Shown: positions 50,271 through 62,910 of the stretch, one piece after another | Numbering within the stretch: position 1 is the first letter of the stretch | Layout: each line of letters begins with the position of its first letter | NCBI GenBank assembly: GCA_030770535.1 | Contig: JASVEC010000001.1 | Span: 496,001 to 560,000, forward strand | From: Batkoa obscura | Taxonomy: Eukaryota | Length of the DNA: 64,000 nt | Reading direction: 5' to 3' | Notes under the pieces: model-generated | The model's input: only the letters and a program-made list of their open reading frames with translations | Told to the model about the DNA's origin: nothing | The model's database searches: none | Made by a program: the position numbers and the translations under genes

Positions 50271-51472
50271 ATTGATTTAATAAAAAATGATAAGATTGAT
50301 AATAATAATTAATAAATTCTAAATTAGTAGTTGGAGTATCAATATCTCTTTCATAAATTGAATAACAATTATTATTATTTAATAAAGAATCTAATAATAC
50401 TTTTTCTTGTTTCAATTGATCTTGAGTTATATTATTTAATAAATTATTATAATGTAATAAATCAATTGTTAATTGTTGTTTTAATTTGATATTATTTTTT
50501 AATTTAATTAAAATATTTAATTTATATTCTATTTTATATTGATCAGTTAAAATACTACTTTCATTAGTAGGTAAATTAAATAATAGTATATAATAATTAA
50601 TATCCTGTTGATTGTTTTTATTAATAACTCTTATATTTTTATATGTTTTTTCCGATACTATGGATTGATGTATTAATTTGTTTTGTATAGTTAATTGTTT
50701 AATTAATAAAATATCAATAGTGTTTATATTTTGATTTCTTAAATTTCTTAATTCAAAATTAATAGTCATCATTTGTCCACTTAAATAATTAGTTTGTAAT
50801 TTAGTTGTTAAATATATAATATTGTTATTCTTTTGATTATTATTAAATGTAGTATAATGTTCTTTAATTATTGATAATATATTTGATTTCATATATATAA
50901 TAATTGGTAATTGACATTTAAATTTCATTAGTTTATTATTATATTTGACTTCTAATTTACTATAATAAAACATATTAGTTTAAATAATAATAATATAAAA
51001 TAATATTATGGCTTACCATTTTAAATAATAATTAATTTTTAAATATTTATCAAAATTCAAATCATTAAATGAAGGTATTAAATTTTTAGATAAAAAAAAA
51101 TTAAAATTTAGTTTATATTTTTCAATTTTACCAATATAATCGCCATCTTCATCCATCGTTAATAACTCATTAAATTCTTCAAATAAATCTAAATTATTTT
51201 TAATTATCACTTTTCTCTTATTTAATCCTTTAGTTTCTATATAATATAATATAATATAAAAATATTAGTATGAATATTCGATAATATAATATAAATTATT
51301 AATTATTAATTATTATTCTTAATTTACCTTCATAACCAACAAATTGAATTTTTAAATCAATTAATTTCCAATCATTATTTAATGAATTTAGTATTAATTG
51401 GCCATTAATATGTTGTAATTGACAATAACTTTCTTCTCTTAAAAATATACTTGGTATTATGGATAATTTCAT
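49354..51472 (-). CDS. Arrestin-fold (alpha-arrestin-like) protein with N-rich disordered tail, 3 exons
   Basis: ATG at 51472; INGQLIL...IQFVGYEE, LIPSF...INYYLK, YLSGQMMTINFELRN, YKIEYKLNI; poly-N from an (AAT)n tract. Confidence 0.65.
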
Positions 51473-51889
51473 TGAATATTATATATAAATTTAAACTATT
51501 ACTACTATTACTATTAGTTGAAGTATAAGGATGAAATGAAAATGAAGAGAATGGTGATGATATTGATAGTAAAATATCGATGAAAAAGAGTGGCAAAGTA
51601 TAAATGCAAATATGAGAATGAATCTTGTTTTTTTAAAATTAAAAGTTATAAACGACAGATAGTTGTATTGTTTTTTATATATTTTGAATTTTTTACTAAA
51701 TTTTTAATCTATTCGAGTTAAAATTGCTTGAATTTTTCTATTAACCAAATTTAGTTAATTTGTTAGAAAATTTTCATAATTTCACTATTTTCTATAAATA
51801 AAATTTATAATAATTACAATAATATTATATTATTAATTGACCTAAAAGTAAATTAACAAAAATTGAGTGTAGGCACAACTCCAGTATTA

Positions 51890-51960
51890 TGTCATTGGGG
51901 GGAATCGAACCCCCGCTATCGCGGCCACAACGCGGCGTACTACCACTATACTACAATGAC
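51890..51960 (-). tRNA. tRNA-His(GTG)
   Basis: Reverse complement GTCATTGTAGTATAGTGGTAGTACGCCGCGTT-GTG-GCCGCGATAGCGGGGGTTCGATTCCCCCCAATGACA folds as a cloverleaf. Confidence 0.93.
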
Positions 51961-52088
51961 TTGAAATCGGTTGTATTATTTACTTTTAAAAAATATATAA
52001 ATAACAATAGTTTTCTAATATTATAATAGAAGATAAAAAATACTTACAATTACATTGAAGATATTTCGTTCTTATCTTATTCTCTGAA

Positions 52089-53117
52089 ATGGCATCTTCA
52101 ATTGAATTAGCAATTAATTATGTTTGGAAAAGATATTTAAAATTTAAGAGTAAAGTAAGTAGTTTTTGTATTATATTGTAGATTTTTATTGAATTCGTAG
52201 CAGAATGGTTGCAAACTACCAATGTTAATAGGCATCTCCGGTTTACAAGGTTCAGGTAAAATAAAAACAAACCTCAACTTCTATTCAATTTAATGATAAT
52301 TTATTTTAGTTTATTAAATACTTAATACATAGGTAAATCTACCATCACAAAAAACCTATACACCTGTTTAAATGCGTCTCCTTACAATCTCAAAACCGCC
52401 ATCTTATCCTTAGATGATTTCTATCTCACATATAACGATCAACTTCAATTATCGAAATCCCTTTCCATTTCCAAATTATTCGAATTTAGAGGTAACCCAG
52501 GCACCCATGATTTAGATCTATTATATGATACATTAGAAAAATTATCAATGAAGGAAGAGAACACAGTAAAAGTACCTTTGTATAATAAATATTTGCATCA
52601 AGGTAAAGGGGATCGAGTAGGGAAAGAGGAGTGGATGGAATTTAAAACACCATTGGATTTGATATTAATTGAAGGGTGGATGTTAGGGTTTAAAGGGAAG
52701 GAAATGGGAGAGATTGAAGATATAATAAGAAACCAAAAGGGAGATGAAGGGTTATTAAATCAATTAAAAACAGGATATAATTCAGCTGAATATCGAAAGT
52801 ATCGATTGGAAGAATTAATTCAATTAAATACTAATTTAAATGGATATCAAAAATTATTTCATCAAATAAATGATTTTATTGTATTAAAAGGAAAAAAATT
52901 AGAATTTGTTTTTAATTGGAGAGAACAACAGGAGAGAAATGGAGAGAAAAAGAAAGAGGATGGCTTGAATAAGGAGCAAGTTAGACAGTTTGTAAAGAGA
53001 TTTCTACCAGCATATGAATTATATTTAAATGACTTTTATAATAAAGTTAAGCCCGCATTGGTGCTGGAATTGGATGAGAATAGGAATGTGAGTTTGGATG
53101 AAGAAAGGGAGGAGTAG
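52089..53117 (+). CDS. TDA10: P-loop kinase, Tda10 / D-glycerate 3-kinase (GLYK) family, 3 exons
   Basis: GISGLQGSGKST (spliced), SLDDFYLT, RGNPGTHD, GKGDR, IEGWMLGF, WREQQE, FVKRFLPAY. Confidence 0.85.
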
Positions 53118-53817
53118 TTTGTGAATGAAATAAGTTATTGGAAATTAAAAAAAGGTTCTTAATTATTAGAGTTTGTTATTATTTTTAATATTTTTTAATG
53201 AGGTTTAGTTGTATTTGATTGTTTTATTGATTGAAAATTAACTTTATAGGTTTAAAATATGGCTTTTAGATAAGACAAATAAAATTAATATCAATAAGTA
53301 AGCTTTATTGTTGAACTATTTGCTGTTTAATTAATAGTGACTATTTTATAAACAAAGATTATATTTTGTTAGACTTTCAATAAATTAATGGGATAAAAAA
53401 TAGTATGATGCTTGTAAAGTAGCATTAAAAATCGATCCATACTATTAATTTATTAGTTGTGTTATTGTATGAAACTTACTTTAATTGATAAAAACAATTC
53501 ACAATAATTAAATAAATTGTTTGTATTATTATGTTAATCTATCTATATTATTAAAAAGATAGTATCGTAAACATGTTCTCATAATTTAATTTTTCTATAT
53601 CAAATTAAGTATATCCAAAAGTTAGTGACGTTTAAAGGATTAAAATACAGTGATAATCAAGAATATTAATAAAAGTTTCAATCAAAAAAGTAACCAACAA
53701 GCTTAGATAGTTTGGAAAACTAGTTTAAATTCAAATATAAAGGGGACAATAATTAGTTAAATTATTATATAACATTTAAAAATAGATTAAATTTGATTTT
53801 ATGACTTATAAATAAGC

Positions 53818-54348
53818 ATGGGAGATAAATTTTATTAAACTTTTTAATAAAAACTCGAATATTTATAGTCATATTGTTACATTTAAAGTTACTCCATGAA
53901 TTTTTTTTGTTGATAATGATAATGATAATAGTGCCTCTAATGATATGTGACAAAACAATACATATACTTAAACAAACACTATTTAATTAAAAAAAATTAA
54001 GTAATAAACTTTTTAATAAATGATAGAAGAGGATTTAAATTCCAATAACAATATTAATGAAATTCAAGTAGTTGCACTAGATAAAATAAAAATGATCAAT
54101 TTGAATACAAAATCAACTAACTGTTTTAGAAATGGATTCTGATAAAACAAAATCAGAGCTTAATAATAAACATAGTCATTTATCCGATACTAATAATACT
54201 ATTTGTATTTCTTTTTTACAATCCCTATACTCTTACTGATAATGATGACTGCTGTGCTAATTATTGTGTTGATGATGGCTGATGTAGGGATGGTAGATAT
54301 AATGCTGGAGGCGGTTATTATGAGGATGGTTGTACAGGAGGTGACTGA
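53818..54348 (+). pseudogene. Probable decayed small Cys/Gly/Asp-rich gene
   Basis: Upstream TATAAA, intron-like ACTAAC...TTTTAG, coding-like tail DNDDCCANYCVDDG*CRDGRYNAGGGYYEDGCTGGD*; several stops. Confidence 0.35.
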
Positions 54349-55239
54349 GTCTGCTTTAGCTCAGGTACTTAATTTAATAAATGTATTTATATTTGATTGT
54401 TTTAAATAAATATTATTTACATGAATATAGTGTAAAGTTTACTCTATTCTATCCATACCCTTTGATCTAAGTAGAAGGTTGCTTTTCATTATATACAATA
54501 AAATCGAATAGTAATACTTGTTTAAGGGAATCAGGAAATAAGACTTAAGAAAATATTTTCTATTAACTTAATTTCAATTAGCAAAAGTGAACAAAAATTA
54601 ACAAGTTTGATATCACTACATCAGATATAAAATGTCTATATACTTAAGGATCCAATCTAAAACAATTTGGACAAAATGCGCTGAATGCTAGATTAACAAC
54701 AACTTTTCAAATCGTCATATATGGGAAATAAAAATCAGGTTTAATATAACATAAAGTCATTTAAATGAGCAATAGTTCTAATTTAGAGATCATTAACTTT
54801 TAATCATTAATTGAAATTAAATTTAATAGAAAGCGTTTTTAAAATTTTGAACTCCAAAAGGAGTAGTGTATTTACAAATTAGATCCAAATAGTTATTTTT
54901 TGTTTGCTTTTTAATATTCGAAACTAATGTTATTTGAGCGTTAATTATAAGGTAAAATAGTTGAAAGGTTAAACCTAATAAATACTTTATAATTTTTTAA
55001 AAGTCTTTAGATTTTTTAATAAAGAAAACCGATTTGATATTGAAATTTGGTCTCATACCTTGGTTGTGTAATTAATTTGGGTTTTGGTTAATTCGAATTA
55101 AAATTAAATGTCTAAATCTTCGATTAAAGTAATTAAATGCAAGGTTGGAAGAAAAATAAAAGTTATCAACCATTCACTGTTGCGTAAAATCCCATTAACC
55201 AGGTGGTTGAAATTTTCTATTATTCATTATTTGAAATTA

Positions 55240-55403
55240 CAGCTGTTCCAACTTTTTTGTGATTTTTTTAGCGATAATTTTTATAAGTAAACTATAAATA
55301 TAGCCAATTTTTTAAAGGCTGTTCCTTATTTTTAGCTAAAGTTTAATACTTTTTTTTTCTTAAATCACCAGTTAATTAGGTTGTAAAAGAGTTACAATAG
55401 CTG
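55240..55403 (-). mobile_element. MITE family 2 copy
   Basis: TA|CAGCTGTTCCAACTTTTTTGTGA ... GGTTGTAAAAGAGTTACAATAGCTG; 164 bp. Confidence 0.7.
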
Positions 55404-55415
55404 CAATTTTCAACA

Positions 55416-55518
55416 TAAAGAGATGTATTTTTGTTTAAGAATTTTACTAATAACCTTTCCGCACAAATAACGCTTAAAAGATGGAAGAAATGATGAAGCC
55501 AAAAAAAGCATCCCTATA
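55416..55518 (+). mobile_element. MITE family 1 copy, next to the family 2 copy
   Basis: GATGTATTTTTGTTTAAGAATTTTACTAATAACC...CGCTTAAAAGATGGAAGAAATGATGAAGCCAAAAAAAGCATCCCTATA. Confidence 0.85.
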
Positions 55519-56992
55519 TTAAGCTTCTTAAGATAGTACAGTTACTTGTAATACATCAACCTCAAAGCTGGTGTTTAATAATTAAACAATTATGATAAAA
55601 TTATAGTCAAAATCGATAGCCTCAGTGATTTTAGTTTACAATTAAAAGCTGGTTAAAATTAACCTTATTATCACGGAATTATTTGGTATTATGTAACTTA
55701 GTGAATTATTTTACTGATAATTTCAATAATAGAATGAAGACTTTTAATATTTAAAATATTACGTTCATTTAATTTACAAATATTAGTATAATATCAGAGT
55801 GTTTCCAATTTTATAATTATTTTTATTAAAAGTGCTACAATTGATTTAAGAGAAATTGTATAAATATAATTAGATCTGTTTTAATATAATGATTATATCA
55901 CTGCTATTATAATCTTACTTTAGAATTTAAGTAAAATATACAGATTGATCACTCTATACAGTGTTATTCATTAGTATATATTGATTGATTTAATATAATT
56001 CAAAAAACACACAAAAAGTATTATTTATAGTAAACATACTATTTTCAATCTAACTTTATCAGTTTTTTTTTAACTTCCCCAGAGGTTAGCAAAGGTAGAG
56101 TATAAGCAAGTTTAAAGATGCCATCACCCACGCTGTCTTTACCTACAGAGTACCTATTAGATTAAGATCTCAAGGTATTTCAGACAACACATTGGTAAGC
56201 AAGTGATGGACTTGATGAGTTCTAAAATACATTTAATGCCCCTAATTAAAGGTCAGCTGTTAACAAGGTTTTGTTGTAATAAATAAAGTATTTTTATTTA
56301 AGTAAGGAAGATGTTTAGATATGATGAACGCTTTAATCTATCTATACTAGTTTATCCTTATCATATTATTTTGAACTGTAATTTTTTTCAGTTTGATTTT
56401 TAAAACTAACCTTTTAGGTATCAAATTATTTTAAAAAAAAAGGGTTGATTAGGCTCAATTTTTTGGCTAATCGAGCCAAATTATGAGTACCACCCGTCTA
56501 TGATTCTTGAAGGTGTAAATATCATTTGACAACATAAATATTAGAAAAATGTATTTCCAGAAAAATTAAACCAAATTGTTTTAAAATTCTAATTTTAGAT
56601 TTATTTTAGCAAGGCTAGGGTTTTAATTTGAAGTTATTTTTATTGAAGCTTATTTTTTAATTTGATATTTAATTTTATTACAAATTAATTTTTTGAAGTG
56701 AATTTTTAATTCTTAAACTAGCATTCAGTTTTATTAATTTTAATGTTGAAAATAAAAGCAGCATTTGTTAAAAATCAAAATTATAAATCAACTTGAATTA
56801 TTATAAATTTAAAATATACATCTCATTAACAAAAGCAAAACTTACATAATGATAATAACTTGCAAAAATCATTTTTTATAATACAATTTACAAAGTTTGA
56901 TAATTCAACTTTTGAAACAAAGAATAGCTAAAGGTGTATATAAAACACATATACATACATAATAAATAAAATAAATCTTGACCTCCAACCCT

Positions 56993-57778
56993 TCAACTTG
57001 GAGTAGACATATAGGAGGGAATAGCCTCCAGAGGATGCGGAGTACTTAAAAGGTCATTAATACCTAAAGTGACGTTTGAATAGATACTTGATGCATCTTT
57101 GGAATTTTTACGGAAAAAGTTTTTGATAGAACGTACCCTATCTCCATTGGTTTTATTACTAAATAAAACATCTGGTAAACTTCTTCTTCTCGTCCTAACT
57201 TTAGGCCCTTCTTCTACCTTTGGTGCTAATGGCTCCACTTCTTCATTATCTCCAAGTGTAAACGTCGACTGATAATTTTTCATTGGTATTGACATTACAA
57301 CAGTATTATTAGTAGATGCAATACTAATATATTGATGTAACAGCATTGCTACTGCAAAGTTACCTTTAGCTAAAGCAATAGATAAAGGCGTAGACCCATA
57401 CTTATCTACCGAATTGGGATTTGCGCCCTTACTGATCAAAAGCTCAACCAACTCTACACTACTATTGGCAGCCGCAAAGTGCAAAGGGGTCAAACCTACT
57501 TCTTCATGACTTTTGGGAGCTAATAAGCTTCCTGAATACCTTCTCGATCTCCTTCTTGCATTGACATCACTTCCCCTTTCAATTAAATATTCCACTACTT
57601 GCAAATTACCCCCACTACAAGCGGCATGGATTGGAAATAATCCATTAACAACGGAATCAATTGGTTGACCATTATCCAAGGCATATTTGACCCAGCCTAT
57701 GTTACCTGAGATAGCACCAAGATGTAAACCTAAGTTAACTGTTGAGCGCGGTTTAAACGTTTTTAATATTAAAGTCAT
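56993..57778 (-). CDS. Ankyrin-repeat protein
   Basis: ATG at 57778; LHLGAISGN, PIHAACSGGN, TPLHFAAAN, TPLSIALAKGN; RRRSLP in the tail. Confidence 0.88.
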   Translation of the reverse strand: MTLILKTFKPRSTVNLGLHLGAISGNIGWVKYALDNGQPIDSVVNGLFPIHAACSGGNLQVVEYLIERGSDVNARRRSRRYSGSLLAPKSHEEVGLTPLHFAAANSSVELVELLISKGANPNSVDKYGSTPLSIALAKGNFAVAMLLHQYISIASTNNTVVMSIPMKNYQSTFTLGDNEEVEPLAPKVEEGPKVRTRRRSLPDVLFSNKTNGDRVRSIKNFFRKNSKDASSIYSNVTLGINDLLSTPHPLEAIPSYMSTPS

Positions 57779-58591
57779 TTTAAAACAAGAAAAAAAAATG
57801 AAATGAAAATAAGCTCGAGATGGAAAATTCAAACAATTTTATAAGAAGGGTAGGGCTTATGAGATTTGCCTTAATTTAGTAACTCGATGAGCAATCTTTT
57901 TTAGTGACTAGCTTTTTTGTTGACTTGACACTAAGCTTAAGTTAGAGTAACGAATCAAATTGAAATTATGGGTTTGTTTAGATCATTAGTGGTTACGTCA
58001 CAATTCACGATAACTAAGGGGTTGGTTTAAATGTTAAGTGTCCGATTGTTTGGATTGGATGAGAAATTATTAAAACATCATTAGAAAAGTCAATGAAGTT
58101 AATATTTAATTTAGAAGCTTAACAATTTAAAATAAATAATGAAATATTAATGTTGAAACATAAGTGGGTTGATTTATATTACTTTGTATAAGCAATAAAT
58201 TATAAGATATTAGATAATAATAATAATGATAACAAAGAATAGTTATTAATATCTGGCAATGTTCATAATTAGAATACAAAGTAATAAACATTAATTAAAG
58301 CAATATTAAAAATACAAAGATTATTGATTATATTCTTATTTCACGGGTTTATTTTATACGGATAAATCTAAGAAAATTTGGCTATAATAAAATAAAAATT
58401 TACAACTTGATCTAGGTTTAACTCTACAAAATCCATTTAAAAATAAAATTTTCTTTTATTACTTTGTCCATTTATTATGTAGCGTAAAGTTTGAAAAAAG
58501 TCATCAGTGAAATGCTGAATCAAAAAACACTCACATAGTTGATCTAAAATTAAAAATATAATCAATCTTCATAGAGTTAATGCTTAATTCA

Positions 58592-58754
58592 CAGACTGCT
58601 TCAACTTTATTGCAACCTAGTTAATTGTTCATTTAAGGATAAAATTTTGCTGAAAGTAGAATAAAACAAAAAGTTGAGCATAAAATTTTTTCAATAAGCA
58701 AATATTTAGCCTAAAAATATTGCAAATTGGGTCGCAGTAGAGCTGCGTCAGTTG
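58592..58754 (+). mobile_element. MITE family 2 copy
   Basis: CAGACTGCTTCAACTTTATTGCAACC...TTGTTCATTTAAGGATAAAATT...GGGTCGCAGTAGAGCTGCGTCAGTTG|TA; 163 bp. Confidence 0.7.
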
Positions 58755-59547
58755 TACATTTTGTAAGGAATCAAAATCTGGAAAAAATTAAACCTTGAAT
58801 TTGGATTAGTCCATATTAATATTACACGAAATCTAGAGTTAATTGTTATGCATTACAAAGGTCCGGGTAGAATCATAAAAATAAAAATTTATAATTTTCA
58901 CAATGAAACTAGTAAAGACTAAACTACACCTTAATTTGAAATTAAGGGCTGGAATTAAGATAGTGCCTCCTATTTAGTTGCCTCACTTTCTTTGGATTTT
59001 AGTTTAGCTTTTATGGAGGAATTAGAAATTATGTTTAAAACGCTTATGTATATATTGTCTATCAAGAAGTAGGGTGTAGAACTATATTCTTTATTGGAAC
59101 TATTCGTTAGTTCATATAATGGAAAATAATAGTATTGAAGTTAATTATAATTTATTTTTTCGCATAAAGATATAAAAGAAAGCATTAGTTATTATTTTAT
59201 GGTTCTTTGGCTGTTTTAGGGATTTAAAAAAGACTAAAATAAACTAATCAAGGTTTAGTGAGTTTATAAATAGTTTATAAATTTAGTTGTCACTTTTATA
59301 CCTTGGTCTATAGAGAGTCTATAGTTTTACACGCTACACAATTTTAATCCCTCAATTCTAATATTTAAATTTTGTTTAACGTATTTTTTGTTATCTGATT
59401 TAAAATCTAAGACGTGTAATTTTACAATCACAAAAAGAATATACGAATGAAATAATAACATAAATTGTTAGTAATAAAGACAATTAAAAATTGTGTGATA
59501 TATATAATCTCGAAAATAAAAACATCTTAAAATTTATTTGACAAATA

Positions 59548-60322
59548 CTATAAAGGATTCAATCCTTTTCTTAACATAGCTAAAACTTGCTTAACATTGA
59601 CAAAATAATCAATTTTTTGCTGCCGTGAAAACCTAGCAGATCTTCCAGAAGTAGAAGGAGTAACAAAAAGATATGTTTTTGTATAATCTGATAAATCTAT
59701 TGATTCATCAAACTTGTCTTCTATCTTATCAAAACCATGAACGATAGGTTCAACTTGCAATCCAAGTTCAAATTTTTTATTACCAGAAAAGCATTCAAAA
59801 ATTTGCTTCCCAAGGAAGCAAGCTATCCTTGGGCGATATTTTGAAATCTTTTGTTTCAAAACAGGCACCCCTAGCATAATCTCTTTTCTACTCAGGTCAC
59901 TAATGCTTCTCGATGCCCTTTCGACTAGATTGGTAAACCCATAGTTATATTCTTTTAGTAGTTTTACATCATCTTCAAATGTTAACTTTTCATTAACGAG
60001 CCCTATTTATTTTTATATAATTAAAAGCAATGGTTAAATCACCTTTACCTGACTCATAAAGAGCGGGCCAAAAGGCATTCGTTGGACCTGCAAAATGATG
60101 GTTTTTCAAGGAACTTTGGAGCCCCGGGTTAACACCAATAAATAATATATCTAAGCCAAACTTAAGACTATCTGTAAGTGGTTGATAAATTTTATCTGAG
60201 TAGTTTGTTGATTTGAAGGTTTTGAGCGGTTTTTCATTGAATAACTCGTCCTTAGATTTAAATTTATTTATATGTCGTTTAAAACTCTCCAACTCTTTTT
60301 CTGAGTTTTGATTTTCGCTCAT
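59548..60322 (-). CDS. G:T/U mismatch DNA glycosylase (TDG/MUG family, Thp1-like), 2 exons
   Basis: LFIGVNPG, HHFAGPTNAFW, GFTNLVER, PRIACFLGK, TPSTSGR; one intron near 60003-60048. Confidence 0.9.
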
Positions 60323-60603
60323 TAATTTAATAAAGTGGATAAGTAAAAGGTCCAAAAAAACTGAATTGCTCACTTAGAATTGATTTCATGGGATACTAAA
60401 CATAAACTTTTTTCAAAAAATTTATTTGCAAACTTTCATTTAAGCCAATCAATTGAGCAATTTTAAAATATAATTATTTTAAATTCCCCTGTCAAAAATT
60501 TTTTAGATTTCAGCAAATAAGATCCTCGCCTCTTTATTTCGATATTGCATTTCAACTACCCATTTCCTTCTTTTGAATTCGGAAGTCGATTTTATACACT
60601 AAG

Positions 60604-61392
60604 ATGAGCACTTTTGAAAAGGTAGGTTGTCTCTGAATTTTAATACTTTAAGATAGCCAATCCAATACACTATCTATACTTTGTTACAATGCCACTATTT
60701 ATTTATTTACAATACCAACAGTTATTCAAGTATCATATTATTTTAGGTTGTAGTTATTGACGGTAAGGGTCATCTCCTTGGTCGTTTAGCCTCCATTGTT
60801 TCCAAACAAATTCTTTCTGGACAAAAAGTTGTTGTTGTCCGTTGTGAAGAAATTAACGTTAGTGGTTCCCACTTCCGTAACAAGAGTAACTTTAAATTAT
60901 ATTATTAGAAAAGCTTTTTTATTCATATTCCAATCTATAGTTAAGTACAGCCACTACTTAAACAAACGTTGTCTCGTTAATCCAAAACGTGGTCCATTCC
61001 ATTTCCGTGCTCCTTCCCGTATGCTTTACCGTGTCATCCGTGGTATGGTCCCACACAAGACCGCCCGTGGTGCTCAATCTTTAGATCGCCTTAAGTTATT
61101 TGATGGAGTACCAGCTCCTTATGACAAGATGAAGCGTGTAGTTGCCCCAGCTGCTTTACGTGTACTCCGTCTTAAGCCAGGACGTAAATTCACTGTCCTT
61201 AAGCGTATCGCTAGTGAAGTTGGATGGAAATACGAAGGTGTTATTGCTAAACTTGAAGAAAAGAGAAAGGTTAAATCCCAAGCCTTCTACGAACAAAAGA
61301 AAGCTCTTACTACTCTTCAAAACAAGGCTGTTGCCCAAAAGAACGAACAAGTTGAAGATCTTTCTGCTCAACTTAAAGCTTTCGGTTACTAA
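60604..61392 (+). CDS. RPL16: 60S ribosomal protein uL13 (L16/L13a), 3 exons
   Basis: [50 protein letters not shown]; strong codon bias. Confidence 0.97.
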
Positions 61393-62806
61393 GTTGGAAG
61401 CTGTTAATTATATTAACTGTGAACAATAAAAATTAAAATGGTAATTTAATTTTATATAATAAAAATTAACAATTAAGTTAGATGCTATTGTTGTATGAGT
61501 AATTGGATATTGTAGTTTTTATTTTAGTATTGGATTTATTATTTGTCTATATGCAGTGTCAATTCATTTAGGAACAGAGATGATTTTAGCAAAGTGATTA
61601 TCATTAATACGAATAAGAGTACTTTAGGTTGTTAATATTATCGTTTAAATTTAACATAATATAGCTTTAACTCTATTAGAGATTTAATTTAATACTATGT
61701 TAATTGAACAATATGATAAGTTTTCACCTTTTTGATTAGAGCTATTAATGATATAATTAAACTTAATATTTTTCTGATTGTTAATAGGCTATATGTATTC
61801 AACTAGCATTGTTACGAGTAATATTTGATTTCTTTTAGAAGTGTTAAATAATGTACCAAAAAAATAGCTTATCCATATTTTATCTTTGTTTTATTATTTA
61901 CTATTGTAAAATAAAATTAGTAGAAAGTCATGAAAAATTGTTAACACATTTTTTAAAATTAATATATAAATTTGAGCTTAAAAGTACAAAAGATAAATTG
62001 TGTGCTACTTGAAAATTCTACACAAATACAAGGTGAAGTCAAAAAGCTTGAAGAATGGAGAGGTTAAAGAAGATATGCGTGGTAATCTTTATATGACTCT
62101 ATTGTATATGTTATGAGTAAAGCACATAAGGTTTCATGTTAATTAAATTACCTATCTAAGAGATATACTCAGGGGAAATAACTACTACTAATAAAAATTT
62201 TGTTAGTATTTTTTTTTAGCTCCTCAGGAAATGATGTCCAAAACACGCTTTTGAAGTTTTAATTATATCTCAGAGCTAAAATTTAAATATAGCAGTGTAT
62301 CCCTTATCCACCTAATAATAAATAACTAATATTATAGTATATTTGTTTCAGAATAATTAGATATCATGGTTAATATAGTTATTAAGCTAAATACTGATTT
62401 TTGTTGGCTCTTAAATATTGAGTATTTAGCTTAATATGTTATATTGATATGATAGAAGTTATAAAAAATACAGTATGGCATAGCGCAAATTATTATGTGT
62501 ACCAATGTTCCTGTATAAACTGAGTTTTTAATTTAACTGGTGCCTCTGGGTTTGCTATTATTTTAGACAATTTAAATTTTTATTTAATTCAAATCGAAAC
62601 TAAGTTTTTCTTTATCTTGGCTGCTTTTGTAGTTTAAATTATTTTCTCATTGTATAAATACATCACTCTTCATACCAAATATAAACCACCTCATGGACTT
62701 AATTGGAATTAATTAAGGCATCGCTAAACCCTATCGAAATACTCAAATATAAATATAATACCCAGACTCAACGTACATATTAATAGTTGAAATAAATTTT
62801 TTAGCA

Positions 62807-62910
62807 TATGGTGATGTTTTTTTGGTTTCATTACTTTTTCCATTTTTTGAGCGCTATTTAAGTGGAAAGATTGTTAGTAAAATTCTTAAACAAAAAAATA
62901 CATCCCCGTA
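62807..62910 (-). mobile_element. MITE family 1 copy retaining the CpG in its TIR
   Basis: TATGGTGATGTTTTTTTGGTTTCATTAC...GAGCGCTATTT...AATACATCCCCGTA. Confidence 0.88.

Noticed and set aside
54419..54470. SECIS element (ATGA...AAA hairpin)
   Set aside because: The 3' GA of the kink-turn core is not positioned at the base of the helix.
59548..60322. Functional link between the TDG gene and local C>T hypermutation
   Set aside because: The gene looks intact, and proximity implies nothing for a trans-acting eukaryotic enzyme.
60622..60746. Intronic snoRNA in RPL16 intron 1
   Set aside because: No C/D boxes and no convincing H/ACA double hairpin.
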